Assembly: GCA_943788295.1 (NCBI GenBank)
Contig: CALSPS010000004.1
Span: forward strand, 224,540-288,539
Source: Candidatus Poseidoniaceae archaeon
GTDB lineage: Archaea > Thermoplasmatota > Poseidoniia > Poseidoniales > Poseidoniaceae
Length of the DNA stretch: 64,000 nucleotides
Direction: 5' to 3'
Below, one piece after another: positions 27,684 through 38,124 of this stretch (the stretch's first letter is position 1; every line of letters starts with the position of its first letter). A program made the translations under genes and the position numbers. Below the pieces are notes generated by a model, which did no database searches, was not told where the DNA came from, and was given only the letters and a program-made list of their open reading frames with translations.

Positions 27684-30600
27684 ATGCGTTTCCGCTCGGT
27701 CGCGATGGTGGCCTTGTTTGTGCTGTCGACCCTTCTCCAAGGCTACACACCAACAGATTCCTCGGTGCTCGAGGGTGATTCTACGGCGCAGCAGGCCGTC
27801 ACGCTCGGCCAAGCCGAATCGATCACCATAGGCTCATTCCCCGACGGTGCAAGCACCAAAATCGAAATCGAAATCCCAGATGGCAAGGCCATTCAAGGCC
27901 TCGATGTTGATGTTGAGCCGGCTCGCCTCCAATCCTCAATGGCTCAGTCTTGGACCGAGTCGAGTGATTTCTCAACAGGTGCGACCTATGACGGAATGGA
28001 CGTCAACGGATCTTCATTAACCATCCTTCCACAAGGATGGGAGTGGGACTTTGAGAGCGCTAACCATGGTTGGACGCTCGGTTCACCTGCATGGTTGTGG
28101 GGCTTTGACACCACCATTGGCCAAGCAGGCGGCACCAGCAGTGGAACCAAAGCGCTCTACACTTATGACGGAAGTTACCCCAACAACATGGGATCCACCA
28201 TCTGGGCAACATCGCCGGTCATGGATTGCTCTTCGTGCTCAGGGGCATGGGAACTGGATTTCATGAAGCGTCTGGGCGTTGAGAGTTCAAGTTGGGATCA
28301 CGCCTATGTGTCGGTCAAGGGAACCAATGGGAACTGGGCGAACGTCTACTCGAACTCAGGTTCAGTATCCGATGGATCCATGGTCCCACAAACCATTTCC
28401 ATCACCAATTACGTTGCATCAAACCCGAACTTCCAAGTCCGCTTCGGCATTGGTACCACGGACAGTTCCGTGACCTACACTGGATGGAACATCGACGATG
28501 TATCTGTTCTCCCAACAAGCACCGGTGTCTCGTCTGGTGAAGGCAATTGGACTTCAGCAGCCTTTGGACCAAGCCTCTTTGGCCAAGGCGAAAACAAAGC
28601 CTTCGGCTACCTTCACATGGATGCAGTAATTCCAAACGGAGCGGTTTTTGAATGGCGTTTATTGGACGCAGTCACCAATCAACCGGTGATTGGTTTTGAG
28701 CACATGACGCACACCAGCGTGGATCTTGGTATGGTGGATTGGTCAACGCACCCCTTGGTTCGCATTGACATCCACATGCAAACCGGGGCCTCGGGCATTC
28801 CTACCATTCATGGGTTCCACTTCAACGGAGTGTTGTTCGAAGATTTTGATCAAGAACCGACAGCTGCAGGCTGGCAACTGCAAGGCCAAACTTGGTCGCT
28901 CGGTGCGATCTCAGGGAGCGGCAGCGTTCTTTCGCCAACCTACAACGTTCGAAGTGGATTCGGTGGCATCATCTCGAACAGCGTCTTCACTGGACCAGCC
29001 GTGTTTGAAGCAAGCGTGGACAATGGTGCAAGTTGGGTTACCCTTTCCCCGGGTGTTTACCATTGGTTTGACGCTCCAGAATTCTCAGTTCAATTCCGTA
29101 TCTCGTCTTCGGGCGGTACATGGAACCTCCAAACCTTCGATGTCGAGATGGTACGAAGCAGCATTGTTGATGGCTTGCGCTTTGATGTTGGCCTCGATGG
29201 TGTCAGCGACTGGTCGATGGCCCTGCCTGAAGTGGGGCGCCTCGGCGTTCAAGACCGCCTCATCGATGGTTCGCTATGGCAAACGCGAACAGCCAGTCCT
29301 GGTGCGCCAGCCATGTATGAGATGGCGCTTCCCCTCGACGGAGTATCGGGTCTGGAATTTGCTGTTGCTTCCCCTGCCAACCCGAGCATATCACCAACCC
29401 TCCGTATGCTGATTTCGGGCCAAGAAGTCCTTTCCAAGAGCCTTCAAACAGTCCAAGATCTCACCATCATTACCTTGACCTCCAATGAACTTTCAAGCCT
29501 CAACAGTGCTTTGTCCCAAGCCGCAGCAACCCACGGTCCAAAGGGGCTTCCAATGGTATCTGTGCAACTTTCTATAGAATCTTCTTCCTCCACCTCGACC
29601 CTTGTTGGAGGCGGTCTATTCGCACCATACGATGGCGCCCTCAGCATGGCCTTCACAGCCAGTGATCCTCTGGTGGTTGCCCTCAACAGTCAACTGCAAG
29701 CCGCAACGGCCATTGGTGGTGTCAAAACGCTCACCATGCCAATCCGCATGGCATCAACAGGCGCCTTGTCGATCACTGTGGACCAACTCACGACCCAAAG
29801 TTCAGTCGAACCAGTTTCCATTCAAGTGAGCAACGTCAGCGATACATTCGTACCGTCAACCGAATGGGTTGAAGTCAGCAGCACCTTCGATTTCTCACCC
29901 TTAGGCGTCTCTGACGCTGCGACCTATGTCAAAACGAACGGTTGGTCCGTCGTGCTTCAATTGCAAGGAATGGTCCGCTCCTCACACATCACTTGTCCGT
30001 TTGTCTCGCTCCCTGCTGAAGGGGATTTGGGATGTTCAACCCAAGGTGCTCCGATGGTGTGGTCGGACAATGGTGCTCTTGGTTCAAAGACCGTGATTGG
30101 AAGCGGAGCACTCCTTCAAATCGATCACCGATTCAAATTCACAGAACAATGGGATGACGAACCATCCATGACCCTTTCAGTGAACCTCATAGCACCAACC
30201 GGGCCAATGATCCCGGTCAGTGTAAATTACGGCCTAGGCAACGCTCAAGGCGTTGAGAACGATGTGGAACTGGTCACTTGGGGATCGGTCAATTCTGCTG
30301 GTGTAGGGACTGAGTTAGCAAACCCTTACCTTCACCCGGGCGACGCTGTCACCATTGAAGCTGAACTTGGCTTCGAAGGAATTGAACATTCCCCCTCGCC
30401 TCGTTCAGGAAGCGTGGACGTCTGCTTCTATGTGGATGATGTTCAAAATCAATGCACTTCCGTTTACAACCGTGGTGTTGCTTCGTTCCCATGGAGCGTG
30501 CCAACCGGTAAGGAAAGCGTCACATTACGAGTCGAACTCGTGCCACTCCAAGGACAAGCCGTCTCCTATCCGGTGTCAAATGAAGCAACCTTCAATTTCG

Positions 30601-32726
30601 ACAATGTGGCGCCAGAGCTCCTCGGTATGAACGTCGAAACCTACGATCACATGGATGCTGGCCCGACAACGGCGCTGGAATTCCTCATTGCTGACCGGCC
30701 GATTCTCCCTTCTCATGCCGTGGTTCACATGTGGCGTTCGTGGTTGGACGATACGAACCTCGATGGAGTCATGGATGTCGATGAAGTCTTCTCCGATTCA
30801 CTCGAAGTTCCAATCAACCGGACCAACGTACAAGGCACTTATCTGTTCGCCTTTGATTCCTCTTCCTATCCATCTGGTTCCTTGATGCAGGGATGGCTCG
30901 AAGTAGCGGATCCTGCAGGAAACCCGATGTTGAGTGGTGGCGACTTCGCAACGCCGCTGTTTAATTTACAAATCGACAATGACGGTGCACCTCAACTTGG
31001 CTCCACGCCTTCTTCTTGGCACATTGATGGCGATGCATGGCTGCACCCAGGTGAAAACAACCTCCTCAGCATTCCTGTGTGGGACATGAATGGAGTCAGC
31101 GATATTGCCACCATCGAACTGGATTTGGCCAGCAACCACAACACACCAGTGCTCGTGCAGTGGAACGCAACAACGGACCAGTGTGTGTCCAACAATGTGT
31201 TCTTCGAGATTGAATCCTGTCATATTGAGCCAATGACCAGCGACAGTGTCTTTTCAAACGAAGGAATGTTCCACGTCAATTTTTCACTTGAATGGGGCTT
31301 TGACCCTGACGTCAGCCTTGTGCGAACACCCTCCATCCTTGTTCATGACCGCTCGGGCCAATCCAACATTGCTGCCCTTTCCACCCTCGACTGGAGGTTC
31401 TCCGGCGAATTAGAAATCCCTCATAGCAGCACGGCTTTCGATGTCGATGGTGCACCAATGGATGCCTTGGGCTCATGGATTCAACCACGGGCAGCGGTTG
31501 GGGTGAACGGTACACTTGTCTGGCACCGTTCCCAAAATCCTGTGATGCAAACGGTCGATCTGCTGATTGACTTAGGTGGCATTGAAGCCACTGTAGAATC
31601 GGTGAACGGAACATTTGCCGGCCAAGTCATTGCCCCTCTTTCTCCAGGGACTTACGGACTTACAACTTCACTCAATGAGCCTCCAAACGGTGCCATTGAC
31701 CGCACTGACTCCGCACCGTTTGCTTACTTCATCGTCGACCACCAGGCACCATCGATTGTCGGTGTCGCATCGCCCCCTGTCAATGGCGTCATTGAAGAGG
31801 CTGCATGGTCGAACATCAAATTCGAAATTTTAGTGGACGAAGAGGACCGCTTGAATGAAGAGGATTTAACCCTCAATTGGGCAGTTCACGAAGCAGGTCT
31901 AGGTTTGACCAGTCCAATGGTCATCAGCGGAACGGAGCATCTTCAGGTGGTTGGTGGTCGTGCGTACGGGTCGATGATCCCAACCGAGGCCACGCTTGAC
32001 CTTGAGCAACAACTCACCACTTCAATGCGTTCCGAAGCGCTCGAACTCCGAATCTATGTGACCGGTTCAGACATCGCAGGTCATCCAATCGCCGCTGTCT
32101 TCAATGACATCGATGCTCCTCTTTCCGTTTGGGTTCTGGAACAACGAGTGGCAGAATATTCATTCTTGGAGCCAAGCATGAAGCCGTCCAAAGACATCGC
32201 TGAGGGTGATGTTGTCAGCCTTGGTGTTGTCGTAGAAAACAACGGTCGTGCCGATGGTGTGGCCCAGATGTTTGTGGAGCGCGTTGAGAGCAACGGCGCT
32301 CGAACCCGCATTGACGCACGGGAGATTCAAGTTCCGGCTGGTGAACAATTCGTCTACAGCAAGGAATGGATGCCAGACCGATCAGGAACCATGTGGATTG
32401 AGTACCACATCATCAATGGTCCAATGTCACAAACCAACACCGTCTTCGTCGATGAACCACGCACAGAGGGTGTGCTCGGCAGTGTTGCTGCGGTCAACCC
32501 TGTGTTGTTGGTCATCATCTTCTTGCTCAGCGTGTCGCTTGTAGCTGTTCTCTTGTTCGGACTTCAATCGCCTCAACAGAAGAATTGGGACCAAGAAAAA
32601 GCACGCCAGATTTCGAAATCACTGCCAAGCATACCGGTGCAACAACAAGCAGCATCATCACCAGAAACCGGGCCCTATGGCGCCCAAAATGAGGCTGCTT
32701 CACCCGGCAACAACCCGTATCAGTGA
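27684..32726 (+). CDS. Giant (~1680 aa) surface protein: beta-sandwich domains, CARDB-like domain, C-terminal TM anchor
   Basis: Signal peptide; WDFES...SPVMD...FQVRF...GWNIDDV jelly-roll motif; DTNLDGVMDVDE Ca-loop; GDVVSLGVVVENNG; TM and Q/P-rich tail. Confidence 0.85.
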   Translation: MRFRSVAMVALFVLSTLLQGYTPTDSSVLEGDSTAQQAVTLGQAESITIGSFPDGASTKIEIEIPDGKAIQGLDVDVEPARLQSSMAQSWTESSDFSTGATYDGMDVNGSSLTILPQGWEWDFESANHGWTLGSPAWLWGFDTTIGQAGGTSSGTKALYTYDGSYPNNMGSTIWATSPVMDCSSCSGAWELDFMKRLGVESSSWDHAYVSVKGTNGNWANVYSNSGSVSDGSMVPQTISITNYVASNPNFQVRFGIGTTDSSVTYTGWNIDDVSVLPTSTGVSSGEGNWTSAAFGPSLFGQGENKAFGYLHMDAVIPNGAVFEWRLLDAVTNQPVIGFEHMTHTSVDLGMVDWSTHPLVRIDIHMQTGASGIPTIHGFHFNGVLFEDFDQEPTAAGWQLQGQTWSLGAISGSGSVLSPTYNVRSGFGGIISNSVFTGPAVFEASVDNGASWVTLSPGVYHWFDAPEFSVQFRISSSGGTWNLQTFDVEMVRSSIVDGLRFDVGLDGVSDWSMALPEVGRLGVQDRLIDGSLWQTRTASPGAPAMYEMALPLDGVSGLEFAVASPANPSISPTLRMLISGQEVLSKSLQTVQDLTIITLTSNELSSLNSALSQAAATHGPKGLPMVSVQLSIESSSSTSTLVGGGLFAPYDGALSMAFTASDPLVVALNSQLQAATAIGGVKTLTMPIRMASTGALSITVDQLTTQSSVEPVSIQVSNVSDTFVPSTEWVEVSSTFDFSPLGVSDAATYVKTNGWSVVLQLQGMVRSSHITCPFVSLPAEGDLGCSTQGAPMVWSDNGALGSKTVIGSGALLQIDHRFKFTEQWDDEPSMTLSVNLIAPTGPMIPVSVNYGLGNAQGVENDVELVTWGSVNSAGVGTELANPYLHPGDAVTIEAELGFEGIEHSPSPRSGSVDVCFYVDDVQNQCTSVYNRGVASFPWSVPTGKESVTLRVELVPLQGQAVSYPVSNEATFNFDNVAPELLGMNVETYDHMDAGPTTALEFLIADRPILPSHAVVHMWRSWLDDTNLDGVMDVDEVFSDSLEVPINRTNVQGTYLFAFDSSSYPSGSLMQGWLEVADPAGNPMLSGGDFATPLFNLQIDNDGAPQLGSTPSSWHIDGDAWLHPGENNLLSIPVWDMNGVSDIATIELDLASNHNTPVLVQWNATTDQCVSNNVFFEIESCHIEPMTSDSVFSNEGMFHVNFSLEWGFDPDVSLVRTPSILVHDRSGQSNIAALSTLDWRFSGELEIPHSSTAFDVDGAPMDALGSWIQPRAAVGVNGTLVWHRSQNPVMQTVDLLIDLGGIEATVESVNGTFAGQVIAPLSPGTYGLTTSLNEPPNGAIDRTDSAPFAYFIVDHQAPSIVGVASPPVNGVIEEAAWSNIKFEILVDEEDRLNEEDLTLNWAVHEAGLGLTSPMVISGTEHLQVVGGRAYGSMIPTEATLDLEQQLTTSMRSEALELRIYVTGSDIAGHPIAAVFNDIDAPLSVWVLEQRVAEYSFLEPSMKPSKDIAEGDVVSLGVVVENNGRADGVAQMFVERVESNGARTRIDAREIQVPAGEQFVYSKEWMPDRSGTMWIEYHIINGPMSQTNTVFVDEPRTEGVLGSVAAVNPVLLVIIFLLSVSLVAVLLFGLQSPQQKNWDQEKARQISKSLPSIPVQQQAASSPETGPYGAQNEAASPGNNPYQ

Positions 32727-32775
32727 GCCTCTGCTTGAGGCGAAGGGTTTGAAACCTCGATGCTAAAGCGCACCT

Positions 32776-33080
32776 TGGAGGGAGTAGGAGGATCGCTGAC
32801 AGAGTTCGACTCTGAGGAAAGTCCCCTCTCCACAGTGCAAACGGCTTGCAGAAGGAAGAGAACAGAAATGGTCTGGTCAATGCAGCAGAAACGAACGATG
32901 CAAGGTGTGTACAATGACGTTGAAAGACAGAGATTGCCTTGTTGTCGATGAGACGAGCAACCCCGTTGGAGCAAGTCCAAACAGTCCCGCCGACGCGGCA
33001 CGCCGAGGGACAGGTAGGACGCTAAGTTGAATGCGGTCACCGAAAGGTAACAGAAAGGGGCTTACTCCCTACTCCCTCCA
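32776..33080 (+). ncRNA. rnpB: RNase P RNA
   Basis: 13-bp P1 TGGAGGGAGTAGG/CCTACTCCCTCCA; P2 GATCGC/GCGGTC; P4 GAGGAAAGTCCCC with ACAGAAAGGGGCTTAC; P5 CTCCA/TGGAG followed by CAAG; P7 AACGG/CCGTT; internal GCAGAAACG. Confidence 0.92.
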
Positions 33081-33081
33081 C

Positions 33082-33684
33082 TCAAGGAAGATCGCTTTTA
33101 GGCTCGATGCGATCTTTTCTATGCCCAAAATGAAACAGCGCAAAGAACACAAAGAACGTTATTCCAATGCTGGAAAGAAAGCCCATCACTTTGGCTTGGA
33201 ACCATGCGATAGGGTCCTCTGGCTGGTGGTCCTCTCCGGCATAATCACCTTGGCCACCGTAAAACTCCCCTCCTCCTTGCTGATAGGCATACAGGGCAAC
33301 AGCGTTGAACAAAGCAGGCCCAATCAGCAACAACGCGGCTATCGAGACCATGGTGGCAGTTCGCAACGGATGAAGAACTCCGCCTAGGTAAGCTTGGCGG
33401 ATAAACGGTAGTGTTGAGAACAACCCCACGAGGATCATCAGGGTGTTCATCGGATTGCCTTCAGGGTTGAACCCCAATTGAACTCCGTTGTAATTGTAGG
33501 TCAGAAAACCAAGATACAATGCAGAAAGGGTGGCTACGCTGGCCATCCAAATGAACCAACAACTTCGCCTGAAAGCGGTCAAGTTGGAATGCGTCAACAA
33601 CCAAGGCAATCCAAGGATGAGGGCGATTGACACCCATTGAATCCACGATACCAGCGGGTCGCTCGCTGTTAGGTTCAACAGCAC
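33082..33684 (-). CDS. Hypothetical multi-pass membrane protein
   Basis: About 5 hydrophobic helices; directly downstream of the MMPL gene on the same strand. Confidence 0.7.
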   Translation of the reverse strand: MLLNLTASDPLVSWIQWVSIALILGLPWLLTHSNLTAFRRSCWFIWMASVATLSALYLGFLTYNYNGVQLGFNPEGNPMNTLMILVGLFSTLPFIRQAYLGGVLHPLRTATMVSIAALLLIGPALFNAVALYAYQQGGGEFYGGQGDYAGEDHQPEDPIAWFQAKVMGFLSSIGITFFVFFALFHFGHRKDRIEPKSDLP

Positions 33685-33695
33685 ACCTTACCCCC

Positions 33696-36557
33696 CTAGT
33701 CCTCTAACACCGCATCGAGTGGCTTCATGGCAATTGGTGATGCAAGGGCAATGCCATCACCATAATCCCGCCAACCCTCTTGGCCAAGCAATTGGGCGCG
33801 CACCGTGTGCTCAAGGGTGATCACCGCTGGAAGCAAGAAGGCGCTGGTGATGAAGGCGAAGAAGATCAGCAGGCACATAATCATGAAGAAATTCTCCAAC
33901 CCAGGGAAAGCCGCCAAAAATCCGGCAGCGATGCCTGAGATGGTTGTGATGGTGGTCTCGAAAATCGTTTGCCCAGTCTCCTCGATGGCATTCGCGATGC
34001 CGGTCGGCGTCTCACCTTCTTCTTGGATCCTGTGCATCACGTGAATCGAATCATCCACACCGATTCCAAAGACAATGGTTCCAATCATCGCTGTGAAGAT
34101 ATTGACGTTGACATCGCCGCTCTGCATCAACAAGGGTTGCCACAAGATCACAACTGCAACGGGGAGCATGGTGTAAATGCCCAATCGGGGTGAGCGGAAC
34201 ACGATGGAAAGAACAACGGTGAGCAACAACAAAGTGACGATGGTGGTGAGGCTTTGTGTGTCGTGGATGCCGTCGTTAATGTCGAGCGATACTGGGAGGC
34301 CGCCGGTAAGTAAGGACGTGCTTGTTTTTGCTACGACCGGTTCCTGAGCGAGCAAGTCATCAATTTCTTCACGGAGTTCACCAGCGACATTGAGGTTCAT
34401 GTATGGTTGGGTCACATAGACAATGGCCTTGGTTCCAGCTTCGTTCAAAAGCATTGAACGCACTTCCTCGGTGAGGGTGTCGAAGACCACATTGACCATG
34501 TCCTTGCGCAATCCTTGGCGTCCTTCTGGTCCAGTCAGTTCAAGCCCCAGCCAGACGTTGCACTGAATCGGATCGTTGCTCTCCCAACAAGGGTCATGGA
34601 GCAGATCCCAAAGGCTTCCCTCATACAGGGTCACGCCATCAGTGAGGGAGATTGTGGCGGGAATGGTTCGCAGGAACGTAATGATGCTCGTCGTGTTGGT
34701 TTCATCGACGGCATCAATTTGTAATTCAAGAGCGTCGATTGCGTCCAACACCGGCAAGTCGCGAATGTTTTCCGTGTTGTTGGCTTGTGCTTCGGCTGTT
34801 CTTTCTTCTGCATTGAAGATGAACAGCGAGGTTTGACCACCGCTGAATTCACGTGAATACTTGGCCAATGAATTAAGCGAATCAATGCCATCAGGTGCTT
34901 CGGATGACCCCGTAATCGGCTCGTTCATTTCATCGAGGTTGGCGACACCATAGGCCGTCACGCTACCTGATACGAGCAAGATCACAACGAACCACTTGAC
35001 AGGCCAGGTGCCGATGTTCTTCCACATCGAGGGATTGGTTCGTTTGCTGAACTTCAACAACCACGCCAAGGTCGGTACCAAAATTATGCTGAAAATCAGC
35101 GTTGAAGTGATGCCGATGACGAGGGTAATACCGACGGAACGGATTGGGGATACGGTGACGATCATTGGTGCGATGAGCACTGAGAATCCGATCACAGTGG
35201 TCATGGCCGAAAGGAACACTGCAACGCCAGTAGAGCGGGTCATTTCGAGGACACAATCGCGGTAGAAATTGACATCCCACAAGTCGGGCACAGGTTCGAG
35301 TGGCTCACCCGACCGCCGCCGTCTCGCATTTTCATCGTTCGCTTTGTCAATTTCTTTTCGCCGAACTTCCTCGATCCTATTGACCATGTGAAGGGCATAA
35401 TCTACGCCTAAACCAATTAAAATCGGGAATGTGGCCACAATCATTGGGGTAAGGGTGATGTCCAGCAGGACTGAACTGCCAAAGGTGACAGCGAGAGCCA
35501 TGACGATTGGTGTTCCAGTGATGACCACCACTTTCGCCGAGCGGTGAAGGGCTGTGATCACAACCACTGTGCAGAGCACGGACCAAGGCAGAATCATCAG
35601 CAAGTCTTCGTAAATCGCATCTGAGACGTCTTCCAGAACCTTCGTAAGTCCTGTGACGGTCATTTCAGTTTCACGGTATTCTGATGGACGCTCATCAATC
35701 ACAGCTTGGAAGTGGTCGAGCAACTCTGAAAAGTCCTTGAAGTCCTTTGTTTCGGAGAGGTCGCTTTTCATACCGACCAGAATGGCTGCTGTGTCCCATA
35801 TTCCATCGCCATCCATGTCGTTGGTTGTGTTTCCATCTCCGTCGCTGTCGACGAAAGGGTCCATGTCGTTTGTGTCCTTGAACAGCGCGTCAAATCCACC
35901 ATCGGACTCTTCGATGATTTGGTCAATGCGCTGTTGGTCCGGAATTGCATACGGGCCTCCACCGGGCAAATCACAATCCACATCCACTGGTATCCGGGTG
36001 TTAATCCCGTGAACGCACAGGGATTGGTTGAAGCGGCCATCGGCTGAGTTCACTTCTTTGATGACCTGAGCAGGTGAGATGATCCATAGGACACCATCGT
36101 CACGCCCATGGTCTGTTTTAGCGTAATCGATACCCCGCTCCAACGTTGCGCCGTTTGCGTTGTCATCATCCCCTTCGACCCAACTCATTTCTTTGAGAAT
36201 AAGCTCGTTGGTGATGTTGGTGGTGAATGAAGGGTTATTGGCGTTAGGTGTCTGTATGTAGATGACAGCAATGTCGGTTGACCACTCTTCACGGACCTCG
36301 AGCAACAGTTCTGTGGAAGGTGCGCCATCGGGAAGGAAGATTTCGACATCATCATCGATTTGTTCCTGGAAACTGAGCCCTTGACTGCCAAATCCTCCAG
36401 CGATGATGATCAGAAGAACGACGACCATCAGTGGTGCTGCAAGGATGCTGTCATACATCTTGTCAATGCGGTCCATCGCCGTCTCTGTCATACGGTTTTG
36501 GAAATCCGTAAGTGGTTGAAGCCACCCGGCAAGGGAACCTCCATCCTCGCTTGCCAT
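33696..36557 (-). CDS. RND/MMPL-family transporter
   Basis: Two repeats of TM, large loop and 5 TM; IGLGVDYALH and FGIGVDDSIH motifs. Confidence 0.9.
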   Translation of the reverse strand: MASEDGGSLAGWLQPLTDFQNRMTETAMDRIDKMYDSILAAPLMVVVLLIIIAGGFGSQGLSFQEQIDDDVEIFLPDGAPSTELLLEVREEWSTDIAVIYIQTPNANNPSFTTNITNELILKEMSWVEGDDDNANGATLERGIDYAKTDHGRDDGVLWIISPAQVIKEVNSADGRFNQSLCVHGINTRIPVDVDCDLPGGGPYAIPDQQRIDQIIEESDGGFDALFKDTNDMDPFVDSDGDGNTTNDMDGDGIWDTAAILVGMKSDLSETKDFKDFSELLDHFQAVIDERPSEYRETEMTVTGLTKVLEDVSDAIYEDLLMILPWSVLCTVVVITALHRSAKVVVITGTPIVMALAVTFGSSVLLDITLTPMIVATFPILIGLGVDYALHMVNRIEEVRRKEIDKANDENARRRRSGEPLEPVPDLWDVNFYRDCVLEMTRSTGVAVFLSAMTTVIGFSVLIAPMIVTVSPIRSVGITLVIGITSTLIFSIILVPTLAWLLKFSKRTNPSMWKNIGTWPVKWFVVILLVSGSVTAYGVANLDEMNEPITGSSEAPDGIDSLNSLAKYSREFSGGQTSLFIFNAEERTAEAQANNTENIRDLPVLDAIDALELQIDAVDETNTTSIITFLRTIPATISLTDGVTLYEGSLWDLLHDPCWESNDPIQCNVWLGLELTGPEGRQGLRKDMVNVVFDTLTEEVRSMLLNEAGTKAIVYVTQPYMNLNVAGELREEIDDLLAQEPVVAKTSTSLLTGGLPVSLDINDGIHDTQSLTTIVTLLLLTVVLSIVFRSPRLGIYTMLPVAVVILWQPLLMQSGDVNVNIFTAMIGTIVFGIGVDDSIHVMHRIQEEGETPTGIANAIEETGQTIFETTITTISGIAAGFLAAFPGLENFFMIMCLLIFFAFITSAFLLPAVITLEHTVRAQLLGQEGWRDYGDGIALASPIAMKPLDAVLED

Positions 36558-36629
36558 GCAACAGGCATGAGGTGCAGGGTCTTGAATGATGCTCATTCGA
36601 GCGTTCAAATAACGGGTTCTGTCGACCCG

Positions 36630-37565
36630 TCAATCAAGGCCAAATTCTCGAACCAAAAGGTGTCGAAGGAATCCACGAGCGCTTTGTAACACAAGACCCG
36701 TGGCCATGAGTGCAAGACCAAGAACGCCAATCCAAACCGCTGATAATCCTGGGCCCACGATGCTGTCGAGTTGGGTTGTAACGCCCTGAGCTGCATTCAT
36801 TCCCATCGCCGCTCCAGTGGCCAGCAATCCTACTCCAGGCAGACCAAGGACGAGAAGTGGTTTCTTTTGAGAAAGCGATAACAGGGCCCAAGTAAGGACT
36901 GTAAAACCGTGAGATACGGCTGTGAAGTTTGATCCCTTTGGTACGTCATATCGGATCACGGTCGGGACTTCGAGGATCTTCAGTTGTTTTTCTCGAGCGT
37001 CCTCAAGCATTTCCAGCGAAAGTTCCATTCCCTCTGAATCAAAGCGAAGGCGCTCAAGTGCTGTGCTTGAAAATGCACGGAATCCAGATTGTGTGTCCTT
37101 GATGCCCAAGTCACTGGAAAGGTTGCTTGCCGCAGTGATCACTTTGATGCCCAAACGTCGGTATGCTGGCATATCGGTACCGCCGCCACCGTTGATGAAC
37201 CGGGAACCTATGGCAAAATCTGCTTCTCCGTCAAGGATTGGTTTCAACAACTTTGGAATATCGCTTGCTTCATGTTGCCCATCGCTATCAAGCACAACAA
37301 GGGCGCTGACATCCATTTCTCGGGCTTTGATGAACAAGGTCTTGAGGGCAGCCCCATAACCTCGATTGGATCGGTGGCGGTAGACGATTGCGCCGCATGC
37401 TTCTGCAATACGAGCGCTGGAATCTGAGGAGCCGTCATCGATGCAAATGACGGCGTCAACGTGACGCAAAGCGGTGGTAACGACCGTACCAATTGTCTCT
37501 TCCTCGTTGTACATCGGCATGCCGGCAACAACGAAAGAGGGAGGCAATTGCTCCTGCTTATCCAT
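36630..37565 (-). CDS. GT2 glycosyltransferase (DPM synthase-like) with 2 C-terminal TMs
   Basis: MPMYNEE, IDDGSSD, NRGYGAAL, LDSDGQH, GSRF and DTQSGFRAFS. Confidence 0.92.
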   Translation of the reverse strand: MDKQEQLPPSFVVAGMPMYNEEETIGTVVTTALRHVDAVICIDDGSSDSSARIAEACGAIVYRHRSNRGYGAALKTLFIKAREMDVSALVVLDSDGQHEASDIPKLLKPILDGEADFAIGSRFINGGGGTDMPAYRRLGIKVITAASNLSSDLGIKDTQSGFRAFSSTALERLRFDSEGMELSLEMLEDAREKQLKILEVPTVIRYDVPKGSNFTAVSHGFTVLTWALLSLSQKKPLLVLGLPGVGLLATGAAMGMNAAQGVTTQLDSIVGPGLSAVWIGVLGLALMATGLVLQSARGFLRHLLVREFGLD

Positions 37566-37654
37566 GGTTTTCACCGTTTCTCCGCTTGCGTATACCTATT
37601 TAGTCGTATAGATTCAATTGAGGTAAGGAATATAGTTTGCATGTTACGCATATG

Positions 37655-37686
37655 GTCCCTCACTGCGCCGAAGCGCTGTGAGGGAC
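37655..37686 (-). terminator. Strong hairpin with c(UUCG)g tetraloop downstream of the 83-aa gene
   Basis: Minus strand GTCCCTCAC-A-GCGC-TTCG-GCGC-A-GTGAGGGAC (9+4 bp). No U-tract follows, so terminator function is uncertain. Confidence 0.5.
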
Positions 37687-37751
37687 GGCTCCTGCACGAG
37701 GCAGTCGGTCATCGAGGATGAGGTGTTGGAGGCGAGTTGATTCAGTTCGCT

Positions 37752-38003
37752 TCAATCTTGAAGTTGGCTGAGGGTGGTGACTGCTCGCTCACCGCTCAGA
37801 ACCTTTCCAAGGGCGTTCAACGAGATCACGAGGGGCACGTAGGCTTGTCCATCGCTTGTCACGTAGGTCGAACAATCGCTGAAAGCGCTTGTGTTGATGG
37901 ACACCTTGAGGGCGGCACCAGCGTTGCTTTTTCGGACGTAGCCGACCAGCAGGTTGTTGTTCATTTCTTGGGCTTCATTGGGTTGTTGGTTTTTTTTGCT
38001 CAT
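37752..38003 (-). CDS. Small conserved-looking hypothetical protein (83 aa)
   Basis: MSKKNQQ...LLVGYVRKSNAGAALKVSIN...YVTSDGQAYVPLVISLNALGKVLSGER; SD-like GGATGTGA upstream. Confidence 0.75.
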   Translation of the reverse strand: MSKKNQQPNEAQEMNNNLLVGYVRKSNAGAALKVSINTSAFSDCSTYVTSDGQAYVPLVISLNALGKVLSGERAVTTLSQLQD

Positions 38004-38124
38004 GTTTTCACATCCGTGCACCGTCAGTGGTGCACAAAATGAACCAATTCCGTCTAACATCATAAGGCACATGGTATCGGCATAGCGAGCAAAGCCTCAT
38101 ACGCAGGGCTCGTCTGTTCAAACC

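Noticed and set aside
32720-33387. ORFs 32720..33040, 32760..32951 and 33031..33387
   Set aside because: They overlap the RNase P RNA or are antisense to a membrane-protein gene.
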